A stretch of DNA of 24,000 bases, from the NCBI GenBank assembly GCA_041659945.1, contig JBAZXH010000001.1, positions 593,903-617,902 of the forward strand, read 5' to 3'. The DNA is from Candidatus Pacearchaeota archaeon (lineage in GTDB: Archaea > Nanobdellota > Nanobdellia > Pacearchaeales > GW2011-AR1). A program made the translations under genes and the position numbers. The notes below the pieces were generated by a model. The model worked only from the letters and a program-made list of their open reading frames with translations. It searched no databases and had not been told where the DNA came from. Below are positions 16,555-24,000 of the stretch, in pieces (positions within the stretch are counted from its first letter, which is position 1; every line of letters begins with the position of its first letter).

Positions 16555-19500
16555 ATGAAAAAGGGTGTGATAAATGGTAAACCATTGACAAATGTCCTGG
16601 TTATTGTAGCTGTTTTTTTAATGTTGATTTCTTTTTTAGTAATTTATAGTAACTATAAAACTCCAACTGGAAATGTTGTTAGTGGAACAGGAAGTTTGGA
16701 AATAACCTCTGAACCAGCTGGTGCACTTGTTCTTGTAGATGGTGCATATAAAGGAACTACACCAAAAACTGTTTCTGATTTAACTATTGATGGAAATCAT
16801 TTGGTTCAAGTTACAAAAACTGGATATAAACCTGTTTCAACAACAGTGAATATTGGTACATATAATACAGACAAGATTGGAGTAAATATGATTTTAATAT
16901 TAACTAGTCAAACTCAATCAACAGGAATTTTTGAGGCAAGTTCTGATCCAATATCGAGTGTTTATATAGATAATGTTTATAGAGGATCAACTCCTCTAAC
17001 TATTTTTGGTTTAAGTCTTGGAGATCATGCAGTTAAACTCACAAAATCTGGGTATAATGATTATGTAACAACAACAAATATTGAGGCTGGAGATAGAAGT
17101 GCAGTAAGTATAAGTTTAACACCTGGTTCTACCCAACCTACTGGAACTGTTTCTTGTGGTATTAATCAAAAAATTGGTGATGTTAATGGTGATGGAGTTA
17201 TTAATTCAGTTGATTCTGATTTAGCAAAAAATGTTGTTCAAGAAACTATTGGTATGCCTGAAAACATTTGTTGTTTAGATGTTAAACAAGATGGGCAAAT
17301 TGATTCAACTGATTCTATATATATTGATCAAATAATCGCTGGAACAAGACAAGAACAGGGTGTTTGTTCAATGATTACAACTCAAAGTTTGCCATATGGT
17401 GGAAAAGGAATATTTACACAGTTGGCTGATTTTAATGTATTATATAGTAAGGATGTTAATTCTTTAGCCGGAGCTGATGCTGAGAATGTTTATCCGGGAT
17501 CTGCAGCACAAGGAATTGTTGCAATGATTCCCCATAAGAATGGAGTATTAACTGCTTTTAATGGCGGAGGAGTTTATTACACTCAAGATGGAAAAGATAT
17601 TGGATTAAATGAAAGTGGTGGAGCATTTGATAGGACTAAAGTAGTTTATGTTGCTAATTCGAGTTCTGGGTTAAAGGTTAGATACTTGGCTGCATATAAT
17701 GATGGAATTTATACTCAATTGGAAAATGGTAAGATATATTATAGTACTAATGTTGAAAAATTAGTTAATGGTGCTGAAGAAGTCTATCCTGCTGCAGGTC
17801 TTGTAACCTCTATTGTTCCATATAAAGATGGAGTTTTAACAACATTTGGAGGTACTGGTGTTTACTATAGTCCGGACGGGAAAAATCTTGGTGGTGGCGG
17901 AAATACTAAAGCTGTTTGGGATACAACTGCAAATGGTGGTGTAAAGATATTGTATATGTCTGCATATAATGGAGGACTGTTTGTTCAACTTGATGAAACA
18001 GTAAATAAGCCCGTATATTATAAAGCTAATTATGTTGTTCCTTCAGCTGATTATCAATCTCCTGCAGGAAATGAAAGGCTTCAATTAAACTTTAGTGATG
18101 CTGAGAAGGTTTATGGTTTGGGTCAGAGAGTTTTGTTTATTTATCCTTATGAAGGTGGTGTGATAAATGCTTTTGAAGGTGGCGGAGTTTACTATAGTCC
18201 TAGTGGAAAGGGTCTTGCGGGTGGAAGTCCTGATGGTATTGGAGTTTACAGTGGAGGTGGTGATGACAGAGTTATTTATCTAATGGTTTCTGATGCTGTT
18301 GAGTCTGCTGATCAATTTGAACCAACTGGGTTGTGGTTGGATGGTATAACCTATGGAACAACTAATTTTTATTGGAATAAATTTAGTTACTCTGAACAAT
18401 TTAAGTCTTGTAATGATAAGAATCCAGATAGTGCAACAAAAGTACCTGAGAGTTTTAAACCAGTTTTTGGTTATTACCAAGACTTTGATTTTTCAAATCA
18501 ATCTTCTATTACTGGAACGGTTTTGTGGGATGATAGAGGAAATGCAGTTTTTTGGCCTAAGACTGGAGGATTTTATTGCTGGTATTATATCTCAAGACAG
18601 TCTATACTTGCACAAGGTGTAGGAAATGCAGCATTTGAAAATTTTGTTCCTAAATTTGGTTATTACCAAGACTGGAGAGATGTAACTAATGGAGATAAAA
18701 ATACTGGAACTGTTTTATATGATAATACTGGAAAGTATATTGTTTATTTCCCTAAATTAGAGGGTTTTACTGGATGGACTAATCCTCAGGACTTTAGAGA
18801 TACAATCCAAGTGAATAAAAGTATTTTTGGAGTTCCTAAATTTGGTTATTACCAAGACTTTGGAAAAGATCATCAGTCTACTGGAACTGTTGTTTATGAT
18901 GCAGCAGGACATTATGTGTTCTTAAGTAAAAAAACTGGTTTGTGGAGCGGAATTAATGATTTTAAAAATGTTAGCATAAGTGGATTAGCTGCAGGAGATA
19001 CCTTTGTTCCTAGTTTTGGATTTTTTCAAAGATTTGGCAATAATAGTGAAGGTAGTGGCACAATATTATTTAGAGTGAATGGTAATAATGTGGATGCTGC
19101 ATTTGTGGGATTAAAAGATGCTGGTTGGAGTTACTGGTCATATTCAAGATTATTTGGAAGTTCAATTGGAGCAGGTAGAATGCCTGGAATATTTGCTCCA
19201 GAATTTGGTTATTCTCAAACATATGGCGTAGCTAGTGATGGTAAGGATATATGGAGTAATGTTTTGTGGGGAAAGGCAAAAGAAGCTCCTGCAGATTATT
19301 ATTCTTTAAATATGGATAGTATAACTATGACTGGCGTGAGTGTTGTTGGTCATCCTCAAGTTGTTGATGGAAAAATTGATAAAGCTTTAAGTTTTGGCGG
19401 TAGTGATTATCTCAAAGTTACTAGTTTACCTAATTATTATTCTGGAAAAGCTTTTAGCTGGAGTGCTTGGGTTAGAAAAACTACAAATGGGGATATGATG

Positions 19501-21048
19501 ATTATGTCTCACGGAACAGGTTCTGGGGGAAATGGAGCTTATCTTAATGTATATAATAATAGATTGATGTTTACAATTAGTGGATCTCAAACAGAAGATG
19601 CTAATAATTTATTTCCACTTAATGAATGGCAGTTAGTTACTGCAACCTATGATGGAAGTAAAATGAAGCTGTATAGAAATGGAGTTTTAGTAAGTGAAAA
19701 TTCTCCAGTTGTGTTTACAAGTCCAACAAGAGATATGATTATTGGAGGTTTTATTAAACCAGATACTGGTGATTTGATACAGTCATGGACTGGGATGATA
19801 GATGATGTAAGAATTTATTCTAGAGTTTTGAGTGATGCTGAGGTTTCTTCTTTAGCTGGAGGAAGAATTGGTGGTCCTACAAGAGCAAGTAATTTTAGTG
19901 GATTACCATTGAAGTTTGTTCCAAAGGTTGGAATTTATCATCCAATGGGTGATGGAAGAATAATGCTGTTTAATTCAACTGGGCAAGTTTACTTTTATAA
20001 TCCTAAGGCTGGAAGTTATTTGTATCGTGGAGATTATACCAACTTAACAAATTTAGGATTGGCCGGATTAGGAGCTAATTTTAAACCAGTTACTGGATAT
20101 TATTTTAATGTAACTAATAATGATGGCACATTATTTCAAGGCGTTCATTTATGGAATGCTGAAGGAGTTTTAACTAGTCTTAATTTGACAACCGGAAAGT
20201 TTAGTAGTATGCAGTCAAAATCTGCTTTAGGATTGCCTGGAGAGTTTAAACCAACTTTAGGATTTTCTTCGGAAATTGGAAGTGGAAGAATTTATTTGTT
20301 TAATTCAAGTGGATTTTTGTACATTTATAATCTTGAACTGAAGAAATTTATACCAAGAGGTGATCCTACGAATATGAGTAATTTGGGATTGTATGGATTT
20401 ATTCCAACTGTAGGGTATTATTACAAACATGATATTAATAATCAAGGTATGCATTTGTGGAATGCCAGTGGTAGTTTGAGAGTATTATGGTTGCCAGGAA
20501 ATCCTAATAACTTTACAGATATGACTAGTTCTAAGGTAGGCTTGGGTTTATCTGATAAATTTAAACCAACTGCAGGATATGGTCATAGGATGAATGGAGG
20601 AGAGTTTACTACAATTGATTTGTGGAGAACTAATGAGGTATATGAAATGATTGGATCTGCATCTCAATTTAGTCTTGTTGATAGAGGTCAGGGAATTTCA
20701 GCACCAACACCGGTAGGTTATTGCAATCCATTGGAAACTGGCGGAAATTCTATTCCATCAAAAACAAGAGTTAACTTTGAAGGAAATATGCTTTACTGTG
20801 ATCCTTTGACTTTAGAGTTTATTGAAGCACAACCAAAGGGATCTACTTGCTTTAATGATTATGAGTGTGAGTCAAATAGCTGTGTGGAAAGTTCTTGTCA
20901 AGAGTTTGCAACAGAGTTTGCAGCGCAGGGATCATTGTTAAAAAGGATTTGGTGCACATTAACAAGCTTTATAAATAATCCTGGAAATGCAGCACAAAGA
21001 CAAACAGCTTATGATGTTTGTATAGCTAGTGGTGTAAGTGGAGGTTAA
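16555..21048 (+). CDS. Giant modular surface protein: 2 PEGA-like domains, dockerin-like domain, several internal repeat families, LamG/concanavalin-like domain, Cys-rich C-terminus
   Basis: N-terminal TM; GSLEITSEPAGALVLVDGAYKGTTPKTV… and SSDPISSVYIDNVYRGSTPLTI…; KIGDVNGDGVINSVDSDLA…DVKQDGQIDSTDS; FSWSAWVRK…GMIDDVRIYSRVLSDAEV. Confidence 0.85.
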   Translation: MKKGVINGKPLTNVLVIVAVFLMLISFLVIYSNYKTPTGNVVSGTGSLEITSEPAGALVLVDGAYKGTTPKTVSDLTIDGNHLVQVTKTGYKPVSTTVNIGTYNTDKIGVNMILILTSQTQSTGIFEASSDPISSVYIDNVYRGSTPLTIFGLSLGDHAVKLTKSGYNDYVTTTNIEAGDRSAVSISLTPGSTQPTGTVSCGINQKIGDVNGDGVINSVDSDLAKNVVQETIGMPENICCLDVKQDGQIDSTDSIYIDQIIAGTRQEQGVCSMITTQSLPYGGKGIFTQLADFNVLYSKDVNSLAGADAENVYPGSAAQGIVAMIPHKNGVLTAFNGGGVYYTQDGKDIGLNESGGAFDRTKVVYVANSSSGLKVRYLAAYNDGIYTQLENGKIYYSTNVEKLVNGAEEVYPAAGLVTSIVPYKDGVLTTFGGTGVYYSPDGKNLGGGGNTKAVWDTTANGGVKILYMSAYNGGLFVQLDETVNKPVYYKANYVVPSADYQSPAGNERLQLNFSDAEKVYGLGQRVLFIYPYEGGVINAFEGGGVYYSPSGKGLAGGSPDGIGVYSGGGDDRVIYLMVSDAVESADQFEPTGLWLDGITYGTTNFYWNKFSYSEQFKSCNDKNPDSATKVPESFKPVFGYYQDFDFSNQSSITGTVLWDDRGNAVFWPKTGGFYCWYYISRQSILAQGVGNAAFENFVPKFGYYQDWRDVTNGDKNTGTVLYDNTGKYIVYFPKLEGFTGWTNPQDFRDTIQVNKSIFGVPKFGYYQDFGKDHQSTGTVVYDAAGHYVFLSKKTGLWSGINDFKNVSISGLAAGDTFVPSFGFFQRFGNNSEGSGTILFRVNGNNVDAAFVGLKDAGWSYWSYSRLFGSSIGAGRMPGIFAPEFGYSQTYGVASDGKDIWSNVLWGKAKEAPADYYSLNMDSITMTGVSVVGHPQVVDGKIDKALSFGGSDYLKVTSLPNYYSGKAFSWSAWVRKTTNGDMMIMSHGTGSGGNGAYLNVYNNRLMFTISGSQTEDANNLFPLNEWQLVTATYDGSKMKLYRNGVLVSENSPVVFTSPTRDMIIGGFIKPDTGDLIQSWTGMIDDVRIYSRVLSDAEVSSLAGGRIGGPTRASNFSGLPLKFVPKVGIYHPMGDGRIMLFNSTGQVYFYNPKAGSYLYRGDYTNLTNLGLAGLGANFKPVTGYYFNVTNNDGTLFQGVHLWNAEGVLTSLNLTTGKFSSMQSKSALGLPGEFKPTLGFSSEIGSGRIYLFNSSGFLYIYNLELKKFIPRGDPTNMSNLGLYGFIPTVGYYYKHDINNQGMHLWNASGSLRVLWLPGNPNNFTDMTSSKVGLGLSDKFKPTAGYGHRMNGGEFTTIDLWRTNEVYEMIGSASQFSLVDRGQGISAPTPVGYCNPLETGGNSIPSKTRVNFEGNMLYCDPLTLEFIEAQPKGSTCFNDYECESNSCVESSCQEFATEFAAQGSLLKRIWCTLTSFINNPGNAAQRQTAYDVCIASGVSGG
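18450..19250 (+). repeat. Protein-level tandem repeats with F-x-P-x-F-G-Y-Y-Q core (about 5 copies)
   Basis: FKPVFGYYQDF, FVPKFGYYQDW, VPKFGYYQDF, FVPSFGFFQRF, FAPEFGYSQTY, three followed by TGTVL/VxYDxxG-like or equivalent strands. Boundaries approximate. Confidence 0.75.
19910..20680 (+). repeat. Second protein repeat block (F-x-P-x-x-G-Y core, about 5 copies)
   Basis: FVPKVGIYHPM, FKPVTGYYFNV, FKPTLGFSSEI, FIPTVGYYYKH, FKPTAGYGHRM, with alternating LFNSTGQ/LFNSSGF and HLWNAEG/HLWNASG. Boundaries approximate. Confidence 0.7.
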
Positions 21049-22267
21049 AATGAACAAGATTTTGATCATCTTGTTGTCTTTTGTTTTTTTTGTTTTACTT
21101 TTAGTTAGTGTTAATGGAGTTTACGCTCAGGTAATTGATAATCCGTGTGCTCAAGTTGGTGGATGTTATGTTCAAGATCTGGATAAATGTCTTTCTATTG
21201 GTCAGGTTTATAATCAACAGTATTGTGAATATGACGGAACATTAACTGCTCAAAAAGAACTTGGAACTGATTGCCTTAATGACTATGAATGTGTGAACGC
21301 GGGTTGTCTTGAAAGTAAATGTCAAGTGAAATATCAATTGCAAAATACTACTTTCTTACAAAGAATATTTGATACAATTAAGAATATATTTATTCCTGCA
21401 AATGACCTTCCGTGTACAAGTGATTCAAACTGTTCTAGTACAGAATATTGTGATCTTGAAGCTGGATTGTGTAGAGATAGAGAAAGTTCTTGTGATGATG
21501 CAACGCCCTATAGATGTAGTGATGGGAGATGTGTAGCTAATTCTGGAAATTGTGGTGGCGGAGGCGGAGGATGCAGTGGTTATTTATGTCCTGATGGTCG
21601 TTGCGTACAAAATGTGTCTAGTTGTAATATCTGTACAAACTGTAATTGCTTTCCTCATTGGGATTGCACAAACTGGTCAAATTTTGATCAAAGTTGTGGT
21701 ACCCGAAATTGTGTTGATCTTCATAGATGTTCTAAAATAATTGGTAAGCCATCAGAGTATAGAGCATGTGGAGAAGAACCACCTCCTGAAGAGTTTTGTG
21801 GAAATGATAATTGTGCTGCTAATATTGAAGATTGCGCTAGTTGTCCTTCAGATTGTGGTGAATGTGGTATAATTCCTCCAATTACTTCTAAAAGCTTTTT
21901 AGTGTTTTGGGTTGTTTTGTTAATAATATTAATAATACTTGTTATCGGAATAATTATTGTGGCTTTATTTTATAAAAACAATAAGCCTAAGTCAAAGAGC
22001 TCAACTTCTAGTACTACAATTTCTAAACCTTCTTCAGGTAGTGGAGGTTCACTATCTCAGGTAAAGTCTGCAGTTAGTTCTTCAACTGTTCTATCCCGAG
22101 GTATTGGAGCTACACCGGTAGCAAGACCTGTGGAACAGGTAAGACCACCAATTCAACCACCAAGGCCAACAAATGTTTATTCTAATTCTACGAAACCGTC
22201 TCCTTCACAACAGAGAAATAATCCTGCAGTAAGGCCTACACCTGATAGAAGATTTCCAATAAGATGA
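21038..22267 (+). CDS. Cys-rich extracellular membrane protein with C-terminal TM and Pro/Ser-rich tail
   Basis: Signal peptide, many Cys modules, TM FLVFWVVLLIILIILVIGIIIVALF, then a basic S/P/R-rich tail. Overlaps upstream gene by 11 nt. Confidence 0.7.
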   Translation: MEVKMNKILIILLSFVFFVLLLVSVNGVYAQVIDNPCAQVGGCYVQDLDKCLSIGQVYNQQYCEYDGTLTAQKELGTDCLNDYECVNAGCLESKCQVKYQLQNTTFLQRIFDTIKNIFIPANDLPCTSDSNCSSTEYCDLEAGLCRDRESSCDDATPYRCSDGRCVANSGNCGGGGGGCSGYLCPDGRCVQNVSSCNICTNCNCFPHWDCTNWSNFDQSCGTRNCVDLHRCSKIIGKPSEYRACGEEPPPEEFCGNDNCAANIEDCASCPSDCGECGIIPPITSKSFLVFWVVLLIILIILVIGIIIVALFYKNNKPKSKSSTSSTTISKPSSGSGGSLSQVKSAVSSSTVLSRGIGATPVARPVEQVRPPIQPPRPTNVYSNSTKPSPSQQRNNPAVRPTPDRRFPIR

Positions 22268-22303
22268 TTTGTTTATAAACTTGTTTTAAAGCATATCGAA
22301 AGG

Positions 22304-22328
22304 TTTATAAAGGGACTCCCTTTATAAA
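22304..22328. promoter_or_regulatory. Palindromic double TATA element in TBP promoter
   Basis: TTTATAAAGGG-ACT-CCCTTTATAAA; left TATA about 26 nt upstream of ATG 22333. Confidence 0.75.
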
Positions 22329-22332
22329 TGTT

Positions 22333-22878
22333 ATGAAGAGCAATTTGTCTGTTCAAAATATTGTCGCAACTGCCTCACTTGGAAAACCTGTTTCTTTAAC
22401 AAAGCTTGCAAGAACTCAGACTAATACAGAATATAATCCTGAACAATTCCCGGGTTTGGTGCTAAGAATTAAAAAACCAAAATCTGCTGTTTTAGTTTTT
22501 TCTTCTGGAAATCTAGTTTGTACTGGAACAAAATCTACTGCTCAGGTTAAGGAAGTTATTAATCAGGTTATAAAGCAACTTGCAAGAATTGGTGTTAAAA
22601 TAACTGACAAGCCAAAAATAACTGTTCAAAATATTGTCGCTTCTGGAAGTATTGATTTAAAATTGAACCTTAATTATTTAGCATTAGCCCTGGAAAATAC
22701 AGAGTATGAACCTGAACAATTCCCGGGTTTGGTGTATAAATTAATTGAACCAAATGCTACATTTTTATTATTTAGCAATGGAAAGCTTGTTTGTACTGGT
22801 ACAAAGAACAAACAACAGCTTGATGAGAGCATGGTTATACTTAATTCTAATATAAAGAAAGCTTTGGCTGAGAAGTAG
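22333..22878 (+). CDS. tbp: TATA-box binding protein
   Basis: Two-fold repeat, VQNIVATASLG…EYNPEQFPGLVLRIKKPKSAVLVFSSGNLVCTGTK and VQNIVASGSID…EYEPEQFPGLVYKL…FLLFSNGKLVCTGTK. Confidence 0.97.
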   Translation: MKSNLSVQNIVATASLGKPVSLTKLARTQTNTEYNPEQFPGLVLRIKKPKSAVLVFSSGNLVCTGTKSTAQVKEVINQVIKQLARIGVKITDKPKITVQNIVASGSIDLKLNLNYLALALENTEYEPEQFPGLVYKLIEPNATFLLFSNGKLVCTGTKNKQQLDESMVILNSNIKKALAEK

Positions 22879-22881
22879 TAA

Positions 22882-23721
22882 TTAAGCAACCTTTTTTGCA
22901 TGTCTTTTATGTTCACTATATTGATCTAAAGTATAAGCTCCTAATTCTCCAAAATCTTGCGGATGTGATTTTATCATGTCAGCTATAAATGAACTTCCAA
23001 AAAATCTGTGAACTGGTTTTTCTCGTAAAATGCTTAATAATGTTCTACTAGTATTTGGTTCTGTTATTGAAGTTTTTATTCTTGAACATGCTTGGTATGC
23101 TTCATTTATCCATAAATCGTGTATGGTTGGCCCAACATTTAATAGATTATATCCTGGACCATTTGGATGCCGTTGAATAAAACCAGTATGTCCAAAAAAA
23201 GAATCCCGAATTAAACCTGTTTTTTGTGCAAGTTCTCCTGCCCAACAAAAATCTCTTAAAGTTCTTTCATCATAAGTTGCTAATTCTGGTTGTAACAATA
23301 AAACAGCTGCCTCGATGGCCATTTCTGGTTTACCAAGAAATGCAAGTTTATCTGCAGTTTTTTCATAAGGTCCTCTTTGTAGTAATCTTCCACTACTAGT
23401 ATTATTAGTTCCCAGTAGATATGCGTAGTAAAGCGCATCAAAATAAGCTTTAGCTGTATCTGGTGTTGTATTAAATTCAACAGCTCTTTGAGCATGATTT
23501 TCTAAATGTATAGGTTGGCAACTTAGTAATGCAAGTGTGTAAATATCTCTTAATTCTGGATCTCTTCTTAATTCATCAAGAAATTTTGTATCACCATCTT
23601 CATCTGTTAATCCAAGAATTTCATTTGCTATTCGCATTGCTGGAGTAGTATTTGTTACAACATTTGCTCTTAATTCTTTTCCTAATCTTCTAACTTTTCC
23701 TAAACGAGGATCTTGTTGCAT
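22882..23721 (-). CDS. Hypothetical alpha-helical protein
   Basis: 279 aa ORF. Minus-strand TATA (TTTATAAA at 23743-23750) about 25 nt upstream of ATG. Confidence 0.55.
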   Translation of the reverse strand: MQQDPRLGKVRRLGKELRANVVTNTTPAMRIANEILGLTDEDGDTKFLDELRRDPELRDIYTLALLSCQPIHLENHAQRAVEFNTTPDTAKAYFDALYYAYLLGTNNTSSGRLLQRGPYEKTADKLAFLGKPEMAIEAAVLLLQPELATYDERTLRDFCWAGELAQKTGLIRDSFFGHTGFIQRHPNGPGYNLLNVGPTIHDLWINEAYQACSRIKTSITEPNTSRTLLSILREKPVHRFFGSSFIADMIKSHPQDFGELGAYTLDQYSEHKRHAKKVA

Positions 23722-23770
23722 AGTAATCTTATTTTGTTTAGGTTTATAAAGATTTATTTAGTTTAAGATA

Positions 23771-23811
23771 AACAACTAAAATCTAGTTTATTTCGTCTCT
23801 TTTTAGTTGTT
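23771..23811. promoter_or_regulatory. Perfect 11-bp inverted repeat in divergent intergenic region
   Basis: AACAACTAAAA(23771-23781) - 19 nt - TTTTAGTTGTT(23801-23811). Confidence 0.55.
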
Positions 23812-23877
23812 AATGGTGGTTTTTTGTGTATGTTGATTGATAGAAATCCATTTAAATGAACATAGGTTTTGATAATC

Positions 23878-24000
23878 ATGGATAAGTTAAAAGTAGAGGA
23901 GATGGTGATAGAGGCTAAGAATTTTTTTAATTCTTACCGAAAAAAGATTGGTGAGGCCATCAGAGAATCTGAAAATATTATATTTGTGAGTTTTAGCGAT
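23878..24000 (+). CDS. Start of probable replicative helicase MCM (truncated by window edge)
   Basis: MDKLKVEEMVIEAKNFFNSYRKKIGEAIRESENIIFVSFSD… resembles MCM N-termini; only 41 codons are visible. TATA-like TTTAAAT at 23851. Confidence 0.45.
   Translation, partial: MDKLKVEEMVIEAKNFFNSYRKKIGEAIRESENIIFVSFSD

Noticed and set aside
18280-18622. Short ORFs (18280-18480 minus and 18353-18622 plus) inside the giant surface gene
   Set aside because: Out-of-frame by-products of a long repetitive coding region.
21552-21740. 62-aa plus-strand ORF
   Set aside because: Out-of-frame within the Cys-rich membrane protein gene.
22333-22878. Internal duplication in the TBP gene
   Set aside because: The two-fold repeat is normal for every TBP and is not novel.
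22674-22916. 80-aa minus-strand ORF
   Set aside because: Antisense to the second half of TBP.
23280-23495. 71-aa minus-strand ORF
   Set aside because: Overlaps the better supported 22882-23721 ORF in another frame.
1-24000. CRISPR array or cas genes
   Set aside because: No regularly spaced direct repeats and no Cas-like motifs were found by eye.

Overview
AT-rich archaeal chromosomal window. Protein motifs, tRNA types and gene content (TBP, L15e, archaeal-type DNA ligase, probable MCM start) suggest a DPANN-like or other small-genome archaeon; this placement is inference. (1) About 1-4.5 kb: accessory element with a tyrosine recombinase (cut by the left window edge), a wHTH protein, a mini archaeo-eukaryotic primase (AEP), an AAA+ helicase-like ATPase, a serine recombinase, a YdjM/DUF457-like membrane protein and small ORFs. 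(2) 4.6-7.1 kb: two overlapping genes for paralogous PEP-synthase/PPDK N-terminal-like ATP-grasp proteins, neither with the usual His or PEP/pyruvate domains. They are preceded by a short predicted leader that can form two mutually exclusive hairpins. (3) 7.2-11.8 kb: wHTH regulators, a zinc-ribbon protein, secreted or membrane proteins, and an HTH protein with a helical HEPN/AbiTii-like tail. (4) 11.8-24 kb: tRNA-Glu(TTC), EgtD-like methyltransferase, DUF2284 protein, tRNA-Ile(GAT), L15e, NUDIX, DNA ligase, a giant PEGA/dockerin/LamG repeat surface protein with a Cys-rich membrane partner, TBP, a helical hypothetical, and the start of a probable MCM. The strongest non-coding signals are a perfect 11-bp inverted repeat of two TATA boxes in the TBP promoter, the alternative-hairpin leader of the ATP-grasp operon, and a perfect 11-bp inverted repeat upstream of the probable MCM gene. 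Homology calls are by motif recognition only; no searches were run.
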